A stretch of DNA of 63,442 nucleotides, counting the filler, from Craspedostauros australis (Eukaryota): NCBI GenBank assembly GCA_030167865.1. It is 10 parts of 10 records of this genome, joined end to end, with 100 filler letters (N's around TTAATTAATTAA, not from the genome) between each part and the next. Parts side by side here need not be neighbours in the genome. Positions count along the whole stretch, not along the records: positions 12,084 to 30,205 come from JALAGF010006014.1; positions 30,306 to 34,378 come from JALAGF010006017.1; 8 more parts are not named here. One strand, given 5' to 3'. Made by a program: the position numbers and the translations under genes. This document shows positions 23,275 through 34,478 of the stretch, piece after piece (within the stretch, counting starts at the first letter, position 1; each line of letters starts with the position of its first letter). The notes beneath the pieces were generated by a model. That model saw only the letters and a list, made by a program, of their open reading frames with translations. It was not told the origin of the DNA and did not search any database.

Positions 23275-26018
23275 TTACGAGACTGGATTCTTGTCCTGCG
23301 CTTTCGTGCGTTCGTACAGTTCCAAGCCAATCTTCACGTCATTCTCGTCATACTCCTCTTCGTCATCGTCGTCGTACCTAACATGCCACAATGGTGTGGG
23401 GTCGTATTTGGTAGGCTTCACGTATTTGTCGATGGTTCCGAAGAAGGTTTGCGCTGTTGCCCCTTCCAAGCCATTGGCGTCGTCCGCAGGCGGTATCTCA
23501 AACGTCTTCGCGACGCGCTTGCCGACGTGGTCCATGTGGGAGCTCTTCTTGTTCTTCTTTTGCTTGCTCCTCTTTGTTTTCGACTTTTGTCGCTTCGATG
23601 GCGTTTCCGCCTCGTCCGTCTCTGTCCCTGGGGCGGATTGCGCCGTGCGCTTGTTCTTGCTGCTTGGTTCGATTACTTCAACTTCGGGGATCACCTCGGC
23701 GACAGCTTCGGTGGCACCAACGTTGTCGTTGTCGGCAACAGCTTCGGCAACAGCCTCATCGGCGTCATCTTCATCCATCTGCATCAGATCATCCTTCTCT
23801 TGGATAGTTGCCTTCTGTACCTTCGCCGATCGTTTCTTGAGCTCTTCTTTTGCCGTTTCGCACTGCAGCTCCTTCCCCTCGTGGTGCGGTACTTGAACAG
23901 CTTGCGCCTCTCCTTTCTTGCAGTAGAGGCAAAGAGCCTCTGCAAGCGGAAGAGCACGCCGATTGATGCAACGGAGAATTGGCATCGGTTACGTGCAACG
24001 GTGCATGTCGGCGCATTGCAGTTCGAAGGAGTGCATTGCGAGCAAGTTGCAAAATGACAACATGAAGTTCCAATGACAAGAGTTTTTGTGAGAGAATTTG
24101 TCACAACAACCAATAACCAACAACCAACGATCAACAACGACCAGCAATAAAGCAGAAGCTACACACGCGGACGGATGTATGCATGGAAGCGATGTGTAGT
24201 GGTACTTCATCATTTCGTTCCATTGCATTCCATAGCATTGCTTTCCATCGCATCGCATTCACTGCGACAGCTGTGCATTCCAACAAATCTCAAGCCCATT
24301 CCAGAGATGGACGTACCATATACTTCCAAAACGTCGCTCTCTTCCAGATCGCTGCTGTCATCGAATTTGATAGCGAAGCGATCGTGGTCGATGGTGTCGC
24401 CGAGGATTATCTTCGCGATCGTGCCGCGTTCGATGAACTCGCCATCGGCGTTGGCCTTCTCCAATGGGCGCACGACGCGTTGCCCCACGAGCTGCTCGCG
24501 CAGATCATCCAGTGGCGTGAGCCGGGATTGGACCTCTTCAATGCGTTGATTGAGCAAGGCGCAAGCACCCATCACGACGAGATGGCGGGTTTTGTACTTC
24601 TCGTAGTCGACTCCCGGAATCGGGATGCTTTCGATATTGGCGAACTGGAAGGCGCGTGCTATGTCCTCGGGGATCAGGAGCTTATTGATCATCTCGGAAC
24701 CACCGCCTGTGAGAAAGACAGTCGGTAGCTTCGGCCTCGAAGCCGCGCCAGCCCGGTCCCCGTTTTTTGTGGGTGAGTCGTTGGTTGGTGTGTGTGGCTG
24801 GGCTTCCTTCGCGTCCTCCAAGAACTCGGACACCACCCTGATCACGACGGCCGAAAGCTCCGATAGCACGCTCGACAGCATCTGTTCCCTTGTGGTTCCA
24901 TTCATGAACGCCCGCATCTTTTGGCTGTGGTTGACACCGGCCATGTTGAGCGCCCGGAGACATTCGTCGAACTGTAGGCAAGGGAGGTTGCCGCAGTAGT
25001 CGCTCATGCTGAGCAATCGCGCGCGCACACCCGGTGTGATGCCGCCTCCGATGAACTTGCCTTCCTTGGACACGGCCGTGTACGTCATCGCCGTCCCGGA
25101 ATCAATCACCATGCACGGACCGCTGGATTGGTAAAATGCGCTGAAAACGGCGGCTGCCCTGTCCACGCCCATGGTGTCGTAGCATCCGTTCTCTCTGCTG
25201 AGGAAGTCAACATTGTGCAAGGGAATGATTTTGTGCGGCAGATCTCTGAATATGTACCGGACGCTGTCGAGATGTTCCGTGTTCGTGCTGACAACCACAA
25301 TGGATAGCGTCGGAATTCTGCGCACCGTCACATGCCTCAGGGTGGCCGTCTTCGTCGGTTCATTTTGGCTGTCGCCGAACAGCAGCTTGAACGCATTCGC
25401 GGGGAAGTGACGCGAGAGAACCAAAGACGGCTCGTCCTCCTCATTCTCATTTGTTGGCACAGGGGATCTGTTCGTGCGTACCATGCACACCATGTGCGAA
25501 AACAGTAGCATGGCAGTATTGAGCAGGTTGTTGTACATGTGGGAAGTACAACATATGGTACGGTATGAACGCGAGCGTAAATGCGAGTGTGAGGTTGAGT
25601 GAGCGAGCAAGCACGGTGAAATCGAGTGCAGAAGATGTATGTCTTGTCGTGGGAATAAACCCTTGCATGCCGTACTGTACGTCGGACATAAGATCGTTGA
25701 AGTCAGCACCAAGCACGAGATCAACCACGAACAAGGCACAGGGCACAACGCACAAGAGCAGGCAACTTGAACTCACCTCCAGAAATACGTGGGGTTGAAT
25801 TTGGAGTTGTTCTGCTCCAGCAACGACCAATTGCAGTGCGTGTTGCCGATGGAGACGCACAGCGCGTACTTCTCATGTCGCGACGGCAGATCACTCTTCC
25901 ATCGTCTGATCTCCTCGTTGTCTTCGCCCATCAACGCCGTGTTTGTGTTTGTTTTTGTTTTTGAGGGCATAATGGCAGCCGGAGGCGACTTGTTTGTTGG
26001 TGATGTGTTAGTTGTTGC

Positions 26019-26055
<37 letters not shown>

Positions 26056-26201
26056 GGAGTTGTCGGCGCTTCGGTCGGTTTCGGTTTCGATTTCGACGGT
26101 GTTGTTGGCCCTGTGCCTGATGGTGCCGATGCATCCGCCGATGCGTCCTTGGCACCCGGCGAGGCAAGCTCGCTTGCTGGCACGTCCACGGCTGTCATCA
26201 T
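23275..26201 (-). CDS. coaX: Type III pantothenate kinase (CoaX-like) fused to two Tudor-like domains; exons 26201-25777, 25467-24317, 23939-23275 (746 aa)
   Basis: SIGNT, MGVDRAAA, VIDSGTAMT, FIGGGITPG, FLTGGG motifs. Introns AG|GTGAGT...AACAG and G|GTACGT...TTGCAG keep frame; exons sum to 2241 nt. Confidence 0.85.
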
Positions 26202-27415
26202 GTGAACCAACGCAATCAGCGCTTGCGGACGCAATTGCCTTTGTCTGTTCGTGCTGTGGAGACGATTGCGTCGCTGCCTGCTGTATCACCGGCTTCCTAT
26301 GTTGTTCTCTGGAACAGACTCTTCTGCTCAATATTGTACCGTTCTGGAGTCCGAATCCGACTCTATTCGTGACCAAGCAAGTGCTGCGTACGAGCACTTA
26401 GATGACGATGGTGAAGATACTCACAAGGAAACGCATTGTGATCAACACCGACCAGCGATTTGTTGTCGTGGAAGGACACACGATGTTTGGCGATGATGTT
26501 GGTCGCGGGTTTTGGCGCCATCTTGTCATTGTCGCCGAGCGTCGCTGGCGATTGATCGTAACGGTCAAGACTCTCAATGCGACATTCTCCATGTCGTACT
26601 TCAATTGGGCCAGCAAAACACTGAAAAACAACGAAAACATCACTTTTTCTTTTTTTGGTTGCAAAAATGAAATGTGTTGGAAGATACCAGATCCGACAAG
26701 ACAGAATGAAATCTCCTCCCCCAAGAAAGACAACAGTACTTCCACCACAACCATGCAATACTACTAGTACTGTGGTAGGTCGTAGCAGAGCAGGCCATAA
26801 TAGTTCAATCAAGAGGCGATGCAGCTCCAAGATACGACCTACGCGAGGTTTGAGGACTTCGATGTCAATGTCCTCTTGGCGGCTGGTGGTCAGTGGAATT
26901 GCAAGGAGTCCGATCTTGCATGACGACGGATGTTGCATACAATCTTTGCTGATCTAAACGCACAACGAAACAAGTTGAGATTTATGAACCGGATCGGATG
27001 TTGATGTATTGTTCTCAGTTGCACAGAAAAGGAACAAAGTGGCGCGCGGAATCGCGCCGAATCCAACTCAGAATGAGCAACATCACCACACAAGGCAATA
27101 CCATGACCCACCAGGCGTCAATGATGTCGTGTCGATGCTTGATTCGCACAACACCAATGGCAGAGCGTTTCCCTTCAGATTTATGAATCCTGAGAAACTA
27201 ACACGAATTCGTGTCAACCGATCGCACAAGTTCTGTCCATCTCTTCTGCAAAATCCTGCAGCGACAGAAGACCGACTCGATGCGTGCTCTGCGCACAGAA
27301 GTTGGACGGCTTCAAACGAAGTGCACGCCGACCAACATCCACCCACAATCGTGCTTCGTCACTGGGACGGGTGCCGAAGCTCGGCAAGGTGTGAGATGTG
27401 CACAAGTGGTTTCAA

Positions 27416-27437
27416 GTACGCGTACGCGTACGCGTAC
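27416..27437. repeat. Self-complementary (GTACGC)n microsatellite
   Basis: GTACGCGTACGCGTACGCGTAC read directly. Confidence 0.85.
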
Positions 27438-27684
27438 CAGCACGGCCAAACCAGACAAGTTGAGCTGTGGGAGGCGAGGAGCATGGCACCATGCCAACGA
27501 GCAAGGGAATGGCAAGTGACAACCTGGACCACGCTCCTGCGAGTACGCAGAACACCAAACACCACCATGATGTCTGGAAGGTGCTCATAAAATTCGTTGC
27601 CATCACAAACGAAGGCAGCACAACACCGTACCCGTACAATCGACACCAAATCACCAAGAGTATTCCCTTCAAGAACACGCGAAG

Positions 27685-29306
27685 ATGATGATTCTGAACA
27701 AGGTCACTATCCTCCTGTGGGCAGGGCTCGTCGTTGCAGCATCAGCTGAGATCGCGGCCACCACCACCGCCGCCGCCACCGCCATCGACAAGGGAGCCGT
27801 CAACAAGTTCAAAAAGCTTGAATGGACGGCGAAGACGAAGGCCAAGATCGCCGAAAGGGAAGGACCACCGATCGGTCTGGAACTGCCTGACAGGTGCGAT
27901 ACCGCTAAGCTCTACGCTAACAGTGTGGAGATGCTGGCCCTCGCGAGGTACATCTACACCATCACCGAAATGCGTAAAGCCGTGGGTACTCAGAGGATTG
28001 GCCTCTATGAGCAACTCGGTGGGAGCGGTGGCTCGGGAACCGACTTCAAGCACCTGGCGAAGCTATTGCGTGAGAACTGGAGCTTCATCAGGAAGAAAAC
28101 CGAAGAAGACGAAGAAGATAGATTGCTGGAAATGTTTCGTGAGGATTGGTGCACCAACGTCGACGAAGTCATGACAGACGGGAACTTCAATGGACAAAGA
28201 ATGTTGATGAAAGTAGCCGACGACAAACTTTCAAGTGACGAGTCGCGTGTCCATGCAATCGTTGTCAACAAGCGGAAGAAGCGCGTCGAGGTCGTCTTCC
28301 GTGGAACGTCCAGGTTGTCGGACTGGAGCACGAACCTCAACGCGTTACGCTGGGTAAGTGCAATGGCTTGGCTCGTGCTTTCGCATGAGGCTACTCTGTG
28401 CATGACTGGCAGTCATCTCTCTCTCTCTCCTTTTCAGCCCTTTCAACCCTGTCTACTTGCTCGCTCGCTGACTTCGCCTTGCCTCTCATCCACTCACGCT
28501 GCTCGGCCATTGCGGTTTTATCGTTGCTTCCATTCATCGCCGTCTCTTCTCGCGCATGACGCATCGCATTGTATATGCAGAGGTGGATCAAGAAGCCTGT
28601 CAAAACGACTGACAACGACATCAAATGGGTCAGCCTCCACAAAGGCTTTGCGCGCACCATGCTCGGAGGCACACAATTCTGGAATGGGTACATCGACTTC
28701 ACCAAGTACCAGGATACTCCTTTCGGTAAGATCGTCGCTGATATTGAAAAGTGCTGGGAAGATGGATACTCGCTGTACGTCACAGGGCACTCTCTCGGGG
28801 GAGCCACAGCAACGCTGTTTGGTTTCTTCGCAGCGGCTTGCGTTGGAAAGTTCTCTGAGTCTGCCCCAGTCACCGTGTTCAGCTTCTCCTCTCCGAGACT
28901 TGGGGGCATCGAATTCGGCGATGCTTTCAAGCATCTCGAGGAGAAGGGAAAGCTCCGCCATGCCAGATCCTTCTCGCACAACGACAAGGTCCCTCGTGTT
29001 CCCTACTCGGGTGGAAAATACAAACACGTGGGTATTGAGCTTCGCGCACGGGCGGATGCGCCGATCCTCGTCGATTACCCGATCAGCAGGAAGTGGACCC
29101 AAGAAGGTCCCAATGCGCGCGAGACTATCAACACTATCTTCAAAGCACTCGATTTTCACTCTCCGACGGAGCTCTTGGCAAGACTTCGTCTTTCTCGAAA
29201 CGCCCTCCTCGATACTTCGCTCGAAAAACAGTACAAGCATATGTGGGGTGTGGACGACAAGAAAGAAGGAAGTCTGTTGTCCAAGGTGAGAGACGGCTGG
29301 GTCTGA
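27685..29306 (+). CDS. Secreted class-3 (fungal-type) lipase; exons 27685-28353 and 28581-29306 (464 aa)
   Basis: Signal peptide; VVFRGT..LSDW; intron GTAAGT...ATGCAG (28354-28580); YVTGHSLGGA nucleophile elbow, FSSPRLG, NDKVPRVP, YKHVG. Confidence 0.92.
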
Positions 29307-32300
29307 AAAAAAAAGACACTCCTTGCAGTCCTCGGTGAAGGCAACAATCAACACAAACTCATGGCAAAGAATCCTGGAAGCACGGCCCATGGGAGTATCG
29401 CTGCAGATGGCATGCGAGAAGGACCAGGATGCTAATTTCAACTACAAATACTCTACATACACTAGCTCGTCTCACTTGTTTCATGCATGGCTCCACACGA
29501 ATAGCAACGTCAGCATTGGCACCAACACTGGTCTCTAGTGTCTTTTGGCTTGGGTGGAGGCCAATTTTTTTGGTAACCATTGGTAACAATTGGTAACTAG
29601 TCGTATGAGTCAATTTCGCCGTAGACGCTGGTACATTTTGTACGTCAGTCCCACTCGAAGCGGCCCAAAAAACACCTTTTCTGCCACAAACCTCCTCGGC
29701 AAGTTCATGCCGCTCCATTTGTTTGAGCTCTCCTTTTGTGAGCATTCTCATGTGTGGCATTTAATCACCCTCTCCAACTATGGTGGCGATTGGTTGGGTA
29801 GTGGTCGAGATCTGTTTGTTTCTTTAGAGCATGCACTCGTTGTTCCCATTCACGAATGCCAATCACCGCGATGTATCGTGGCGAATTTCTGTGTGCCCCA
29901 CCGCGTGTTAACACGCGGTGGAAATGATCACAAAACAATGTGATACCAACCGATGTGTTCCTCACATGCCATGATCAGTTCCTTACATCCTGATATCATC
30001 CATTGTGGCTTCGTTCATCGTATTGCATTGTATTATAGTTGATGATATGGTTGATACTTTCTACAATATCGTTTCACTTATACTCCAGAATACTGTACAC
30101 CAGCAACAGTCTTGGCAACAGCAACTTGGATGCATGTATATTGTTGCATCAATCCTGCTTGGGAGAGCAATGATCCCTTGGTTAGCAGCAGCACACAATA
30201 GCAGTNNNNNNNNNNNNNNNNNNNNNNNNNNNNNNNNNNNNNNNNNNNNTTAATTAATTAANNNNNNNNNNNNNNNNNNNNNNNNNNNNNNNNNNNNNNN
30301 NNNNNATCTTCCCCTTTCCGCTGCGTTCACGGACTCCATCGGTTTCGACAGCCACATGCCCGGACTGGTGTCGTCTTCTTCGTCTTGTCGTCTACTTTTT
30401 AGTCGTCCAATTTTATTTCGCAATTCCGCCTGGTGCTATTCCTATGCCAACAAAAGCATACCTATGTCGGGGATCCCGTGTTATTCCTCGCACTAACATT
30501 TTTGCGCCCTCACCTGAACGTTTCCATCACGCATTCTATCAGTTTCGACGTCTGGAGGGACGAACCACTCTCGTCCCCTCCGCCTCAGTGTTTACTTTGT
30601 AGTCGTCCAATTGTTATTTCGAAATTCCGTCTGGTGCTATGTCTATCCGACCAAATCCATACCCATGCAAATTCCTCTCCGTCGTCATGCACCTTCTGGA
30701 GGGCATCGTCAGTGTCATGCACGATTGNNNNNNNNNNNNNNNNNNNNNNNNNNNNNNNNNNNNNNNNNNNNNNNNNNNNNNNNNNNNNNNNNNNNNNNNN
30801 NNNNNNNNNNNNNNNNNNNNNNNNNNNNNNNNNNNNNNNNNNNNNNNNNNNNNNNNNNNNNNNNNNNNNNNNNNNNNNNNNNNNNCTCCGGCAGACTGTG
30901 TGTTGACTTTCAATTGCTCGCGGATCCGTGTGGTGTTGGCCTTTTCGAATTCCACCAATGGAAGGAGATGCACATGGAATTGATACAGATGGTTACGCAG
31001 GTTTGCGGATGACCCGAATGCTGGAGATGGTGCGGGGCATGATTTCCTACCGCTTGCCATCACGAGGCCAAAGACTCAAGCAACAGAATTGACGATCAGC
31101 GACGGCAGTGGACAAATTGCAGCGGCTCCCGAAATATGTGGNNNNNNNNNNNNNNNNNNNNNNNNNNNNNNNNNNNNNNNNNNNNNNNNNNCGGATGCTG
31201 GAGATGGTGCGGGGCATGATTTCCTACCGCTTGGCATCACGAGGCCAACGACTCAAGCAACAGAATTGACGATCAGCGACGGCAGTGGACAAATTGCAGC
31301 GGCTCCCGAAATATGTGGAACCACGGACGCGTTCCTGCACCATTGTAATCGCTGCGATTTTGCGGTTCCATCATGGTTCGAAGATCGACTTGGCGTCGTC
31401 TACTTGTCTCATACTCGACAATAGACTGCATCCCTTGGTCGATGCCCGATCCAGTTTTGTTGTCTTGATCGAAAATGTGGGTGTGAAATTGGCGCACCTC
31501 GGTCGAATCTGATTGGATGGGAATCGTCAATGGTTAAGTGCAAATGTCGTTTGTTGCTCGCAAGGACAAACTACATTTAACAAACGAACAACGAAGAACC
31601 AAAGTATGTCCGAAAATCAAGAAAACAACACGACGAGATCACCAATGATGGATTCGTCTACCAACGATCCAGCGTCCCACACCAACCGACAACAACAGGC
31701 AGGACAGAACGTCTGCCGCAGTGAACTCACATCACACATCACNNNNNNNNNNNNNNNNNNNNNNNNNNNNNNNNNNNNNNNNNNNNNNNNNNNNNNNNNN
31801 NNNNNNNNNNNNNNNNNNNNNNNNNNNNNNNNNNNNNNNNNNNNNNNNNNNNNNNNNNNNNNNNNNNNNNNNNNNNNNNNNNNNNNNNNNNNNNNNNNNN
31901 NNNNNNNNNTAATCATGATACACACGCGATCGTCTCTCACGATGCCAATGCAAATGATGAGAAATTGAGGCTACAACCGATGAGAATAAAAAGAAAAAAT
32001 CAATTGAGAATGAATGGACAGACGGATTGATCTCGCACTCGTTGCTCTCTCTCTCTCTCTTGCACTTGCTCTCTCGTTGTGTTGGTGCTGCGTCACACTC
32101 ACTCATTCGCCAAAATAAAAATCGCAAACAGTTGCACATACATTCTCCAATCACAACCACGTATGCACCAATGAGCGACCGTTGAGCTGTTGCCGCCGAT
32201 CTCCGCACAAACACAGCGCTCATGCTGTTGTGAACAAATAGGCATGTGCTGCTTTGGCTTGTTGAGTGTTGTTGTTGCTGTCTGCTGCATTCTCCTATCT

Positions 32301-32413
32301 GCAATGTCAGCACAACACTCAGTGCTCCCCAACATCGAGATCATTCAGAATCATCCGTGCCTTCCCCCACCGGCATCATCCATCAGCCACCAAGCCACCA
32401 CCGCTATCGCATC

Positions 32414-34378
32414 ATGACTCATCCACGTGAGGATTCAAGCAGCGATCCCAATCCATCCCAATCAAAGGTGCAACGTCGAACAGCAAATGCTGGCACATCC
32501 ATCCATCACCAACCACCTCATGGGCACTACGCATCGTACCAATACTCTGCACCTGTCGGACCGAACCACCATGGCAGCATTCGCAGCCCTCCTCTCCTCA
32601 TGGTTGCAAATCATCATGTCCCTCCCAACATACAACCTCCTTCCTTTTGCATCCCCAGCTACATTGGTGCAGGCGTGGGTGGTCTACCATACTCGACTTT
32701 CCACCCAAACAATAGCATGGCAACTCCCACTTCCAACTACATGGGGCCCAACCGTTTTGGCATTATGCCTTGCAAGCAATGTCTGACCCTGTTCTGCAGT
32801 CACTGCAGTAGGCCACCATTTTGCCCAAACTGTGCATCATCCATCGGCGGAGGTGCACGTCATGCAGGTGTGAATGCCTTTGTGCCACAGGCCAATTCGT
32901 TCTCTGTTGGGACTCGTGGTCATGCTGCTGTGCCCACACGCCCCAAGCGCAAATCATCAGCAAACAGACGCAGGACGCCACATCAACAGGCAGGAGATGA
33001 TGTGCTCGCGGGACGAGATGTCGCTGTGTCCACGGACGAACGCGAGTCAGATTGTGCGAATACGAACAGTGCCGATGACACTGATGTCGAGTACATTCCA
33101 GAAGCAGAGGATGCTGTAAATAGAAAAGGACTACTCACATCTATCTTCAAATCAGCAGGCATTGACATTCGAGCAATTTCGAAATTCCCTGTGAGTGGAT
33201 TCAGAAGCATCCCACCAAGGGGAGCCAAGCATCGCTGGAGTGTCATCAAACGAATCTGGAAAGAGCTGTGTAATGGAACATCCGAGCATGCAATCTTCCC
33301 TGGCACGAAACCCCCACCTCAACTTTGGGAAGCCATGACCTTCGTGCGACATCGCAAACAGCTCCCTCCTNNNNNNNNNNNNNNNNNNNNNNNNNNNNNN
33401 NNNNNNNNNNNNNNNNNNNNTGCTCCTGTGCCCACACGTCCCAAGCGCAAATCATCAGCAAACAGACGCAGGACACCACATCAACAGGCAGGAGATGATG
33501 TGCTTGCGCGACGAGATGTCGCTGTGTCTATGGAAGAGCACGAGCCAGATTGTGCAAGTATGAGCAGTGCCGATGACACCGATGTCGAGTACGTTCCAGA
33601 AGCAGAGGATGCTGTAAATCGAAAAGGACTACTCACATCTATCTTCAAATCAGCAGGCATTGACATTCGAGCAATTACNNNNNNNNNNNNNNNNNNNNNN
33701 NNNNNNNNNNNNNNNNNNNNNNNNNNNNNNNNNNNNNNNNNNNNNNNNNNNATCTGGAAAGAGCTGTGTAATGGAACATCCGAACATGCAATCTTCCCTG
33801 GCACGAAACCCCCACCTCAACTTTGGGAAGCCATGACCTTTGTGCGACATCGCAAACAGCTCCCTCCTGTATTGCTGGAGCAGACTCTCTGTCATTTAGC
33901 CTTCTGGGGGAATAGGGACCTGTCACTGACTGCCCGTGCAGTTTTGGCAATGACCTGTGACTCCAGGCGCTGCACCCGAATCCTGGCTGTGCACTACAGC
34001 AGCCTGTCGAAAGGAGACAAGGCGAAAGTCATGCCGCAACGCCGAACCATGTCTCGTGCAGCACACAGGAGACTGTTGCACGCTGGTGGTGCGATCCTTG
34101 CTGGAGGCCAGTTCCCACACACAGACTACAAGTACCGTGTCAAGGAATCTAGCCTCCAGGGAGTGATCTCATTTCTCACCTCCATGTTCCAGTACCAACC
34201 AGGCATCACAAGGAGCGTGAAGTTGGCTGGTGTTCTGTTCCCAGACCTGCCCATCTTCATTCGCGGATCATCATCTATCGCAGAACTCTTTGCAAAGTAC
34301 AAGAACGCAACAGATGACCCAGTTGGTATGCCTGCCTTCAGGAGTATCCTGACATTGCTCACGCGACGTGGCAAGTGT
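32414..34378 (+). CDS. Partial ORF with a Cys cluster and a C-terminal segment resembling the pre-catalytic region of large DNA transposases (Sola3-like); internal gap duplication; truncated
   Basis: CKQC..FCSHC..FCPNC; RVKESSLQGVISFL...GITRSVKL...LPIFIR...LFAKY...VGMPAFRSIL. No catalytic residues are visible. Confidence 0.35.
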
Positions 34379-34478
34379 NNNNNNNNNNNNNNNNNNNNNN
34401 NNNNNNNNNNNNNNNNNNNNNNTTAATTAATTAANNNNNNNNNNNNNNNNNNNNNNNNNNNNNNNNNNNNNNNNNNNN

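Noticed and set aside
16130..26201. Bacterial contamination explaining panE/coaX
   Set aside because: The coaX-like gene has spliceosomal introns, and neighbours have eukaryotic targeting signals on the same scaffold.
27685..29289. 534-aa ORF as the real lipase
   Set aside because: It reads through a stop-free intron into the wrong frame; the GHSLG motif is in the spliced frame.
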